Assembly (NCBI GenBank): GCA_964604995.1
Contig: CAZSAD010000005.1
Coordinates: forward strand, 3,221-67,220
DNA from: an uncultured Methanosarcinales archaeon
GTDB lineage: Archaea > Nanobdellota > Nanobdellia > Woesearchaeales > JABMPP01
Direction: 5' to 3'
DNA length: 64,000 nt
Shown here: positions 1 through 9,200 of the stretch, in pieces
Layout: every line of letters begins with the position of its first letter
Position numbering within the stretch: the first letter of the stretch is position 1
The notes under the pieces: generated by a model
The model's database searches: none
Told to the model about the DNA's origin: nothing
What the model saw: only the letters and a program-made list of their open reading frames with translations
Made by a program: the position numbers and the translations under genes

Positions 1-639
1 AAAGGTCAAGCAGCTTTGGAGTTCTTAATGACTTATGGCTGGGCTATTCTCGTTGTTTTAATTGTTATTGGTGCACTCGCATATTTTGGAATATTAAATC
101 CAAGTATCTTGCTACCAGAAAAATGTACACTTCAAATGGGTCTTTATTGTAAAGACCACAGAATAGATGGTACTAAAGGTCAAATCACATTCAATTTTGA
201 AAATGGTATGGGCAAAGATATCATCCTTTATCATGTCAATGTAACTGGCGATGTAATTCCTGGCGGATGTTATGCGGGAGTATATGGAAATGTTACTTCT
301 GGTGATACTGCAATGGTGCCATACACTTCAATTACAGGTTATGCTCTATGTGGTGTATCAGATGATTGCAGTGGTTGTACAGCAGTTGGTGGAGAAGGAA
401 AATACAGTTGTAACCCAGATCAAACAAACAAATTCAATACAGCATTTAATTCAAATGTAGGGTATAGAGTTGCACAAGGAACACAAGCAACAGTTGTAAC
501 AAACTGCACAGTAGCTCCACTTTCATGGACTGGAAAAGCAAAAACCAATTTGAATATACAATGGTATTATGCTGATTCATCTGTAGCATATTTGCACACA
601 ATGGAAGGAGAACTACTCGCAAAAGTCGAGGGTAAGTAA
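1..639 (+). CDS. Archaeal type IV pilin-like protein with class III signal peptide, 5'-partial; frame is open to nt 1
   Basis: Translation from nt 1 gives KGQAALEFLMTYGWAILVVLIVIGALAYFG, an archaeal prepilin N-terminus (KRGQ.A.E motif plus a hydrophobic helix). Cys-rich variable core. C-terminal HTMEGELLAK is shared with the downstream paralog. Confidence 0.7.
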   Translation, partial: KGQAALEFLMTYGWAILVVLIVIGALAYFGILNPSILLPEKCTLQMGLYCKDHRIDGTKGQITFNFENGMGKDIILYHVNVTGDVIPGGCYAGVYGNVTSGDTAMVPYTSITGYALCGVSDDCSGCTAVGGEGKYSCNPDQTNKFNTAFNSNVGYRVAQGTQATVVTNCTVAPLSWTGKAKTNLNIQWYYADSSVAYLHTMEGELLAKVEGK

Positions 640-720
640 ACCCTTAATTATTTTATTTTAATTTTTTATTTTTACTTATTTTTTATATTGTTTATTTATT
701 ATCAACTTCAAATATTATCG
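640..720 (+). terminator. T-rich tract after the stop codon; possible archaeal oligo-T terminator
   Basis: Several runs of 5-7 T within 80 nt downstream of the stop. In a genome this AT-rich that is weak evidence. Confidence 0.25.
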
Positions 721-725
721 CAATG

Positions 726-750
726 TTTTTATACTAATTGTAATATATTA
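726..750 (+). promoter_or_regulatory. TATA-like elements (tttttatac, taatatatta) upstream of the second pilin gene
   Basis: Two TATA-like boxes 24-46 nt upstream of the ATGs at 765 and 774. AT-rich background makes specificity low. Confidence 0.2.
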
Positions 751-764
751 AATTTTAACCAACG

Positions 765-1451
765 ATGATTAAAATGAATAAAAAAAGAGGACAAGCAGCT
801 TTAGAATTTTTAATGACTTATGGCTGGGCGGTTCTTGTTGTTTTAGTTGTTATTGGAACTCTTGCTTATTTTGGAATTTTAAATCCATCATTCCTACTTC
901 CAGAAAAATGTACACTTCAAATGGGCCTTTACTGTAAAGATCACAGAATAGATTCAGACCAAGGTACAATCAGTTTAAAACTTGATAATGGGATGGGTAA
1001 AGGTATTATCATAACTAGAATAAAAATTGCAGATCAAGCCCAAACAATTCTTTGTGATGTTGGAATTGGACCATATACTAGCAAGACTGATAAAAATGCA
1101 ACTTGTCAAACATCTCCACTTGATTGTTCAGGTTGTGGTAATTTTACTTATGATATTATGGATCAATTTTATGGTTATAGTCAACTACCTTACGATACAC
1201 AATATGATGGTAGCGTGATTGCATGCAATCCTCACGAAAACTTTAGAACTTCATTTAATGACAATCCAGGCTGGCGCATTGAAAATACACAAGATGGTGT
1301 AATTAAAATATATTGTCAAAGAATGTCTCAACAAGAAGGCAAAGTAAAAGTTGGAATCAGTCTTTTGTATTTTTATGACGATAGTTCCCCTGAATTTATA
1401 CACACAATGGAAGGAGAATTATTAGCTAAAATAGAATCAGTAAATATTTAA
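765..1451 (+). CDS. Archaeal type IV pilin-like protein, tandem paralog of 1..639
   Basis: MIKMNKKRGQAALEFLMTYGWAVLVVLVVIGTLAYFGILNPSFLLPEKCTLQMGLYCKDHRID; the N-terminal 60 aa are nearly identical to the upstream gene. Core differs. C-terminus HTMEGELLAKIES is conserved. Start could be ATG 774 (MNKKRGQ). Confidence 0.75.
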   Translation: MIKMNKKRGQAALEFLMTYGWAVLVVLVVIGTLAYFGILNPSFLLPEKCTLQMGLYCKDHRIDSDQGTISLKLDNGMGKGIIITRIKIADQAQTILCDVGIGPYTSKTDKNATCQTSPLDCSGCGNFTYDIMDQFYGYSQLPYDTQYDGSVIACNPHENFRTSFNDNPGWRIENTQDGVIKIYCQRMSQQEGKVKVGISLLYFYDDSSPEFIHTMEGELLAKIESVNI

Positions 1452-1544
1452 TTCTTTTAAAATTAATAACACAGATAATTATTTATAGTATCAATTCTAA
1501 TCCTTCTTATCTAATAATAACCCATAATACAATAAATTATTTTA

Positions 1545-1552
1545 AAAGAGGT
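1545..1552 (+). promoter_or_regulatory. Shine-Dalgarno-like aaagaggt, 5 nt upstream of ATG 1557
   Basis: GAGG core with ~5 nt spacing to the start. The same motif recurs before other starts in the window. Confidence 0.4.
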
Positions 1553-1556
1553 TTAT

Positions 1557-2033
1557 ATGGCATCAAAAAAAATTAGATACAAAACCATTACAAATTTTTC
1601 TCCAAAAAATATTCAAGGTCAAGTATCAATGGAATACATAATGATGGTTGCAGTTGCACTTTTAACTATTGTTCCTGTTGTCTATATTTTTTATTCATAT
1701 TCTAAATCCTCAACTAATGATATTATGTTTAATAGAGTAACTAGCATTGGTCGAAATATTGTTTACCAATCAGAATCGATATATTACTTAGGTGAACCTT
1801 CTAGAGTAACATTAGAAGAGACAATGCCCGAAGGCGTAGAAACCCTGGATATTCTAACTAGCTCAGAAGATAATATCTACGAGCTAGTATTTACACTTGT
1901 AAACAATAATACAATTGTAATTAGTTCAAAAGTGCCAATAGATGGTAATTTTGACAACAGCTCATACTCAGCAGGAATTAAAAATATTTTAATTGAATCA
2001 AAAGGAAGCTATGTTAATATTTCAATAAACTAA
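1557..2033 (+). CDS. Putative pilin-like protein with a class III-like signal peptide
   Basis: N-terminus ...KNIQGQVSMEYIMMVAVALLTIVPVVYIFY resembles the prepilin G/Q cleavage site followed by a hydrophobic helix. The leader is longer than usual. Confidence 0.5.
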   Translation: MASKKIRYKTITNFSPKNIQGQVSMEYIMMVAVALLTIVPVVYIFYSYSKSSTNDIMFNRVTSIGRNIVYQSESIYYLGEPSRVTLEETMPEGVETLDILTSSEDNIYELVFTLVNNNTIVISSKVPIDGNFDNSSYSAGIKNILIESKGSYVNISIN

Positions 2034-2080
2034 TTAACCTAATTAACTAATCATTTTAATTAATCATTTTTCCAATTTTA

Positions 2081-2086
2081 AGGTAA
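2081..2086 (+). promoter_or_regulatory. Shine-Dalgarno-like aggtaa, 6 nt upstream of ATG 2092
   Basis: AGGT core and spacing. Confidence 0.35.
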
Positions 2087-2091
2087 TCTTA

Positions 2092-2544
2092 ATGCAAATA
2101 TTATCATTTAATAAAAAAAGAGGACAATCAGCATTTGAAGCTGTGATGATAACAGGAGTTATGCTTTTAATCTTCTCGGTATTTTTTATTGTAATAAGCA
2201 ACAAATCCATTGATTCTAAAAAACAGCAAGATTTAGCTTTGTTAGATGATACTGCAAAAATAATTGTTGGTGAGCTTGATTTGGCTGTTGCAGCTGAAGA
2301 TGGTTATCAAAGAACATTTGAAATACCTTTATCACTAGGGCAAATTTATTTTAATATAACTTTATTGTCTGATTCTTTGCAATCAGCACATAGTGAAGTA
2401 ATCTTACAATCAATAAATACCACTTATGATCTTATAGCAATAGGAACCGTATCAGGAATAGTTAATGGTACTTTACAAAAAGGGGATAATATAGTTCAAA
2501 AAAAACAAAATATAGTTTGCGTAAACAAAGTAACTTGTCCATAA
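2092..2544 (+). CDS. Archaeal type IV pilin-like protein
   Basis: MQILSFNKKRGQSAFEAVMITGVMLLIFSVFFIV: KRGQ.A.E motif followed by a TM helix. Confidence 0.65.
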   Translation: MQILSFNKKRGQSAFEAVMITGVMLLIFSVFFIVISNKSIDSKKQQDLALLDDTAKIIVGELDLAVAAEDGYQRTFEIPLSLGQIYFNITLLSDSLQSAHSEVILQSINTTYDLIAIGTVSGIVNGTLQKGDNIVQKKQNIVCVNKVTCP

Positions 2545-2667
2545 ATAAATACCTTATAACAAGCCATAACTTACCAAATATTTAATCTAATAATCAAAAT
2601 CACTTAAATAAACAATAAAAATATTAAGAGGTTATCCTTAAATTACATAAGTTACAATAAATAAGGT

Positions 2668-3189
2668 ATGCAAATGGTTAAGTTTTCAAAATCAAAAATG
2701 TCGAAAAAAAGAGCTCAAGGTTGGGCAACTGATGTTTTAATAGGTGCAGGTATATTCATTGTAGGGGTAATGCTATTTTTTTATATAGTGGATAAAAAAT
2801 CAAAAACTGATAATGCAGGTGAAATTTTAAGTGAAGCTAACAATCTTGCAATTACAGTTGCAACCTCTCAATCTGATCCAAACAATCCATGTGCATTTAT
2901 TGTTGGCAATAAAGTTGACAAAAATAAATTGCAGCAATGCGCACAAGATTATCCACAAAGCAAATCTTTACTTGGTATGAAAAAAGATTTTTGTATTTAT
3001 TTTGTTGACCCTCAAGGAAATTTACTAAATATTTCAAGTCTTACAAATAACGAAGGAATAGGCCTTGGAAGTTCAGACATTAATTACACTTTAATTGATG
3101 ACAATGGGGACCCAGTTCAAGTAATGCCATGTAGGACAATACCTGTTCAACCTCCAACTTCTCCTCCAGATTTACCACCAATAAATTAA
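2668..3189 (+). CDS. Pilin-like membrane-anchored protein with a conserved C-terminal domain, paralogous to 3242..3793
   Basis: ...MSKKRAQGWATDVLIGAGIFIVGVMLFFYIV. C-terminal LGMKKDFCIYFVDPQGNLLNISSLTNNEGIGLGSSDINYTLIDDNGDPVQVMPC. The more likely start is ATG 2674, which has aaggt 6 nt upstream. Confidence 0.6.
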   Translation: MQMVKFSKSKMSKKRAQGWATDVLIGAGIFIVGVMLFFYIVDKKSKTDNAGEILSEANNLAITVATSQSDPNNPCAFIVGNKVDKNKLQQCAQDYPQSKSLLGMKKDFCIYFVDPQGNLLNISSLTNNEGIGLGSSDINYTLIDDNGDPVQVMPCRTIPVQPPTSPPDLPPIN

Positions 3190-3230
3190 ATTCATAAAAT
3201 TCAATTTTTTCAATAAATAATAAATTTAAC

Positions 3231-3236
3231 AAAGAG
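3231..3236 (+). promoter_or_regulatory. Shine-Dalgarno-like aagagg upstream of ATG 3242
   Basis: GAGG core 5-6 nt from the start. Confidence 0.35.
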
Positions 3237-3241
3237 GCAAA

Positions 3242-3793
3242 ATGATAGTTAATAATCTCCAAAAGACACAGAAGAATGCTAAAAAAATAAAAATTGTAAA
3301 TTCTAATAAAAAAATTAATCAAAAAATTAATCCACTTTACAATCCAATAATAATTGGTTTAATATTACTTTATCTTTTAATTATTGGAATTTATCTATTC
3401 GATTCATCTAAGAATTTTAATTTTTACAGCAATTTTTTCAATAAAAACTTATCTAGTAATTTTACAGATAATTCCAAATTAAAAATAAAAACTATAGAAA
3501 CTACCCTAGAGAATGAAGGGCAATTAATTGCTAAAAAAACAGATGTGACTTTTGTAGTCGATGGTAATATTGATAAAGCTAAACTCGAAGATTTCGCTTC
3601 AGAAAATTATTTACAAATAAAAGAACAATTGGGCTTAAAAAATGATTTTTGCATTCATTTTGAAGATAAAGATGGTAATGTAATTGATATTTCCCAAATA
3701 ACTCAAAGAAAAGGTATTGGAATTGGTAGTCCAGAAATGGAATATAAATTGATTGACAAAACTGGAGCTGCAATAGGGGTAGTTAACTGTTAA
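3242..3793 (+). CDS. Membrane-anchored protein sharing its C-terminal domain with 2668..3189
   Basis: TM helix IIIGLILLYLLIIGIYLF. C-terminus LGLKNDFCIHFEDKDGNVIDISQITQRKGIGIGSPEMEYKLIDKTGAAIGVVNC aligns with the upstream gene (DFCI.F.D..GN...IS..T...GIG.GS....Y.LID..G...V..C). Confidence 0.55.
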   Translation: MIVNNLQKTQKNAKKIKIVNSNKKINQKINPLYNPIIIGLILLYLLIIGIYLFDSSKNFNFYSNFFNKNLSSNFTDNSKLKIKTIETTLENEGQLIAKKTDVTFVVDGNIDKAKLEDFASENYLQIKEQLGLKNDFCIHFEDKDGNVIDISQITQRKGIGIGSPEMEYKLIDKTGAAIGVVNC

Positions 3794-3943
3794 CCTATTT
3801 TTTGTTAAACAATTTTTTAATTATCTTTATTTTCTCAATTTCTTTTTTCCAATATTATTCCCACTATTATTCCCAATTTTTTTATTATCATTACCTACCA
3901 ATTAAAACAAAGCTATAAAAACAGGCACTCAATTAAAAAATAC

Positions 3944-4534
3944 ATGTTCAAAAAAATAATGGGAATGGCATCTATCGATGATAAACTATCTGAAATTCTA
4001 TCCACTTTAAAAGAGCAATCAAAACAAATATCAACAATAAAAAAAGAAGTATCTGATATAAAAATTAAAATATCCAAATCTGAAGAGAATCTTTCAAATA
4101 TTGGTGAGAATGTTGATACTCTTAAAAATTCTTTAGGCAAGAGCATGGATAAATTTGATAACATGAATGAAGAACTTAAAGATGAACTGCAAGATTTCAA
4201 AGTTGTAAAAAGTCAGCTATCAAATAAATTATCTGAAAAGCTAACCCAAGAAATGAATGATATTTTTGCTCCAAATTTAGAAAGGTTAAAAGTCGATGTT
4301 AAACAATATAATGAACTAAAACTCGAATTAACAAAAATTTCATCTTCTCTTAATACATTACAAATTGAAATGGATAAATTTAATAAAATTTCAAAAAATA
4401 TAAGAGAAGCAGACTTTGAACTTGTTAAGCATGCTCGTCAGCTTCAAAATCTTGACAGAGAAAAATTAGAGCTCATGAAAAAAATCGATACTTTAGAAAG
4501 ATTAATCTCGCATGAAAGGCGTTATAAAAAGTAA
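3944..4534 (+). CDS. Coiled-coil protein, hypothetical
   Basis: K/E/L-rich heptad-like sequence throughout with no recognisable catalytic motif. SD-less. Confidence 0.45.
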   Translation: MFKKIMGMASIDDKLSEILSTLKEQSKQISTIKKEVSDIKIKISKSEENLSNIGENVDTLKNSLGKSMDKFDNMNEELKDELQDFKVVKSQLSNKLSEKLTQEMNDIFAPNLERLKVDVKQYNELKLELTKISSSLNTLQIEMDKFNKISKNIREADFELVKHARQLQNLDREKLELMKKIDTLERLISHERRYKK

Positions 4535-4613
4535 TTAAAAGTGTTCAATTCAATCCAGAAGCGAAAAGTATTTTAACTAACTGATATCATAAATCAATAA
4601 AAAAGGTGAAAAA

Positions 4614-4868
4614 GTGCCATTTATTAGTAAATATGTAACCAATGATGCAAAAATAGCAATGCCTATCGACTATGCAGCTCTTGCAATTCTATATAACATC
4701 ATTGGACTTGCAGCATTATTTGCAAGAAAAAATGAACAATCTTCTCTTTTAGTTGTATATATGCTTATGCTTGGCAATTTGCTCATGTTTATTGGCTATT
4801 TTTATATATTAAGTAAAGCAAGACAGCTCGAAGATAGAAAAGGTAAGGATCACAATAAATTAATCTAA
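4614..4868 (+). CDS. Small membrane protein, GTG start
   Basis: Two predicted TM segments. aaaaggtga SD-like motif 5 nt upstream of GTG 4614. Confidence 0.4.
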   Translation: MPFISKYVTNDAKIAMPIDYAALAILYNIIGLAALFARKNEQSSLLVVYMLMLGNLLMFIGYFYILSKARQLEDRKGKDHNKLI

Positions 4869-5121
4869 TTAATCCAATCAATCAAATCTAAGTTTTATCA
4901 TTTATATTTTTATCATTTATTAGTTTTTCTTCAATTTTCCCTCCCCTCTATCTTTCTCGAAAAACTATAGAAAAATATATAAACTCATTAGGCAATACTC
5001 GACTTTAGTTGGGTATAAAATGGTATTTTGGCATTTATTGTTTAAAATAATGCTTTTATGATTTTTGTCGTTAGAAATATGGCACATTTCAAATAAAATA
5101 CCTATATAGCGTGGGTTTACT

Positions 5122-6195
5122 TTGAATACAACTTTTTACAGAAAAAAAGTAGGGGTTAGTGTAATCTTTTCTAAGCGCAAGCTTTCTAAAAATAATTTAA
5201 TTTCTTATATCCAAAATAGTTTAAAGTTAATTGGAAAAAAAGCACAAATCACACTTTTTATGATTTTAGGTTTTGTAATACTATTTTCTTTTGGGATTTT
5301 TTACATGATGAGAAATACTACTCCTGCAAATAATTTAGATGCGCAAAATAATAAGATTATTGCAAGCAAAGATGATTTATCCAATGTTAAATTATTTGTA
5401 CAAACATGCTTAAAAAAAGCTGCAGATAAAAATACAGATGCAGAACTTGGTTATTTATGGATATTTGGTGAAAATGGTGGCACAGTAAAATTTGAATATG
5501 ATACCACAATTTCAAAAAAATTTGACACAGTGACTTTATTTGATAATGCAATAAAAAATGTTTCAATATCCTATGATATTAATGCTATTACGCAGGTAGG
5601 TAATAAAATTATAAGGAACCAAACAGATATGGAAAAAGAATTGGGAGAATATATCTTGAATGATTTTTTAAATTGCTTTAATGAAGAATCAATAAAAAAT
5701 AGAACTGGCTATTTGGTTTTTTCTCCTAAAAATTCTGCAGCTGAAGCTAAAATAAATGTCACATTCAATTATAATAATGTAAATATCGCATTGCAATATC
5801 CAATGAATCTAACAAAGGGGGATAATTTTATCGAAATAAAAAACTTTGAAGTTGATATCCCATTAAGAATTAATCAAACTTTACAGATAAGGAATAATCT
5901 GTTAGATCAAATTTCTTCTTCTTCTTCTTCTTTTGACATTTCAAATACTGATAATTGCAATATCATTTGCGATAAAGCCTTTCCCAATTATGCAAAACAT
6001 GATTTTATAATAAAAGCAGAAAATTCAGTGTCTTCCATTACCTCTGCCTCAAACACTTATACTATAATACAAATAAATGATTATTTTTCAAATATAAATT
6101 ATTATAAAAAAACCTACAAATTTTCTTTTGCATTAAATGAAACAAGTTTATCATCATCTGATCATTTAGTAACTGGTATTTGCACATGCAATTAA
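5122..6195 (+). CDS. Hypothetical N-terminally anchored, pilin-like protein, Ser-rich; start uncertain
   Basis: IGKKAQITLFMILGFVILFSFGIFYMM resembles a class III signal peptide. The ORF track starts at TTG 5122; there is no in-frame ATG before the TM segment, so a non-ATG start is implied. Contains a (TCT)6 SSSSSS tract. Confidence 0.45.
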   Translation: MNTTFYRKKVGVSVIFSKRKLSKNNLISYIQNSLKLIGKKAQITLFMILGFVILFSFGIFYMMRNTTPANNLDAQNNKIIASKDDLSNVKLFVQTCLKKAADKNTDAELGYLWIFGENGGTVKFEYDTTISKKFDTVTLFDNAIKNVSISYDINAITQVGNKIIRNQTDMEKELGEYILNDFLNCFNEESIKNRTGYLVFSPKNSAAEAKINVTFNYNNVNIALQYPMNLTKGDNFIEIKNFEVDIPLRINQTLQIRNNLLDQISSSSSSFDISNTDNCNIICDKAFPNYAKHDFIIKAENSVSSITSASNTYTIIQINDYFSNINYYKKTYKFSFALNETSLSSSDHLVTGICTCN

Positions 6196-6218
6196 TTAAC
6201 AAACTCGAAAAAAAGAAA

Positions 6219-9200
6219 ATGAAACTTAAACAAATCTTAATAATTGTAATTCTAATACTATTTTCATCAATTATCCTTTTATCAAATACTAAAAATTCAT
6301 CTGCACGTATTTTAGATTCTGACTCTGATGGTGTTTTAGATGAAGATGATTTATGTCCAGATACTTCTTTTTTCGCACCAGTTGATTTTAACGGTTGCTC
6401 ATGTGATCAAAAAAGTGTAAATAATACTTGCGTACCTGACAATAATGAATGTACTGGTTATTGCGGTGGTCCTAAGGCACAGTGCAATTATCCTTTAACT
6501 GGAGATTTGCTAAACCAGGGATTAATTTCTTGCAATGCAACTTATTGTGAAAATAATATTGTTCATACTTTCCCACAAACAATGTCTTCAAAATATTGTG
6601 TAGATGGTAATTTATTTAATAGAACTTCTTGTCAAGAAACACTTTCTTATCTCAAAGATTGCGGTAAAATACCCCTACCCATAAATCAAACAATAAATTT
6701 AACAAATCAAACCAATCAAACTATTCAACTTGGTTATTTAATTATTGAATCAAATCCTAGTAGTGCAGATATTTATCTAAACAATATTTATCAAAATAAA
6801 ACTCCAAGAAATTTTGAACTTAAATCAGGAACTTATAGACTAAATTTAATCAAAGAAGATTATATCCCTTATTCTTCGAATATCAAAATAAATTCTGGTC
6901 AACTTACTGATTTATTTATCAATCTAAATCCAGAAATTATCAATCCTTCAACATTTACATGCAATGACACTGACGGTGGAATATATTTTGAAACATTTGG
7001 AAAAGTTGCTTTGTGTAAATATTCAAATTCAACAATTGATTACTGCTTAAATTATTCTGATACTTGTGGATTGGCAGAAAATGGAAAAACATTAACTGAA
7101 TTTTATTGTCAAAATTCACAAGTAAAAAATATGACAACTGTTTGTTCAGGCCCATGTAAATATGGTGCATGTTCGCAGCAAAGCAATTTGCTACCAGTTG
7201 CAGTAATTTCAAGACCAATGCTTGGAGATTTAACTTATGTTAATGAACCTATTTACTTTAGTGGTATAAAAAGCTATGATCCTGAAGGAATGCCTTTAAC
7301 TTATACTTGGTTAATAGAAAATACTAAATCGTTTAATGTAACTACAACGCATACATTTTTAACAACTGGTATTAAATTTGCAACTTTAATTGTTTCAGAT
7401 GGAACCTATGTTGTAAATACTTCTATTAGTTTAAACATTCAAGAAAAAATAAATGGAACTAATCAAACAAATGAAACTAATACTTCCCTTTGTACTCTTA
7501 AAACAGCATTATGGTCAACTTTAGCAGCATACGAAGGGGATAATATTTCTTTATTTGTTTATGGTCCAAATTGTCAAAATAAACAACTTAATATTACAAT
7601 TTGGAGAAGAGATTTTTGGTTAGATGAATACATAGATTCAATTCCTTACCAATCATCTAATTCATTAGGTTTATTTAATGCAAGTTGGAAAGTAATTTGG
7701 AAAAATAGTGGTTGGAATTTATTTGATAACACTAAATATTATTTTGTTGCTCAAATAAAAAATTCTGAAGAAAAAATAATTTCTCCTGAAAATTTAGATG
7801 TTAAAAAATCTTCTTCTAATAATATTTTAATAACTGAACCTGGAAATTACAAATTGCAAATGAATTGGTATGATACTTCTGGAAGAACTTGGTTATCAGT
7901 AGGAGATGGTGTTTTTGGTAAATTGTTGCAAGCAGCAAAAAATGGTGATCTTTACGTAGATGTTATAATAGAAAAAAATTTTGCTATTAATGATAAATTA
8001 CTTTTAACTGATGGAACAAATAACATTGAAGTTTTAAATTATTCTCGAATTAAACTTCTTAGACCTACAACAGCAAAAAATCCACTTCTTAATGATTCAC
8101 TTAACGATTCATTTCAAACTATTGTTCGAATATACCTAAACACTCCTATTCAAAACAACTATTTATTAAATGCAATAGTAAGGCAATATTCTTTAGATTA
8201 TTCTGGAAATCTTCAAAATCTTAATGATACCATTGATTTAGGATATTTACAATATGGTGCAACTCCCATAACAAGCCATTTAACACAATGGATAAGCATT
8301 TTCAATGGTTATAATAGAACAATATTCCCTGTTGTATATTCAAATGATTCTAATTATTATTATGTTAATCAATTAAATTCAAGTAAATGGGATTTAACTT
8401 TTGACGACGGAGTAAGATTTGATTTCCCTTATAATGATGGTAATTTTCAAATTGTAAAATCCAATACGATACCTTCTTCTCCAAGTTTTGATGTTGAATT
8501 ATATGGGGCATCCATCCATTATGTTGATTTTCTTAATCCTAGCAGAAATTTTACTTTTTGGCTCAAAAACAATATACAAGAAAATAATTCCCCTTATCTT
8601 GGATTTGTTTATGGTTTAACAAATACATCTGATGAATGGATAAGCGGTGAATTTGGTGTTATTTATTATAAAGGAATCCCATACAATATAACAATTAAGC
8701 GTAGTGATGATTATACTCTACCTGTAAACCTAACAATTTCAAAAGGAACAACAAGTGTAAGTTACTTACTTTATCAAAAACAATTAACTTTCCCCTTATT
8801 CGATGGTTTAGCATTTTATATTCAAAGTTGGCCAGTTGGTTACAATTTGACAATTCTTAGTGTTGGAAAACTAGTTTACAATTTGAATTTTACAGTGCCT
8901 GTAATACAATATGGTGAAACAAAAAAAATTAATGGAACACTGCCTGCAGTAGCACCAGGCTTCTACTTGGTTATGTTTGATGCTTCACATCAAAATGATA
9001 TTGCACCATGGAACAATTTCCAAAATCCAACATATTATGTGCAAAAACAATATATTGACCTTGCAGTAAATATTCCTCCATACGATTATCTTATTGAAAC
9101 CAATACAACAACAAAATTCAATTTTACAATATCTAATTTAGGAACTATTGATGCAAAGAATAGCACTATAACAATAAATAAAACTAGTAATAATTATAAT

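Noticed and set aside
4869-5121. 253-nt non-coding gap with a few GC-richer patches (ccctcccctc, gcgtgggttt) examined for a tRNA or small RNA
   Set aside because: Could not fold a cloverleaf with acceptor, D, anticodon and T arms. No GTTC/T-loop-like box or CCA context. Likely just a promoter or UTR region for the TTG-start gene at 5122.
5911-5935. (TCT)6 trinucleotide tract encoding SSSSSS in 5122..6195
   Set aside because: Too short to call a variable microsatellite with any confidence, and an in-frame unit would only change Ser count. Noted but not reported as a finding.
6180-6218. Track start of the giant ORF at 6180
   Set aside because: Codon 6180-6182 is TTG and overlaps the upstream gene's last codons. 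ATG 6219 immediately precedes a canonical signal peptide (MKLKQILIIVILILFSSIILLS), so 6219 is the preferred start. ATG 6186 cannot be excluded.
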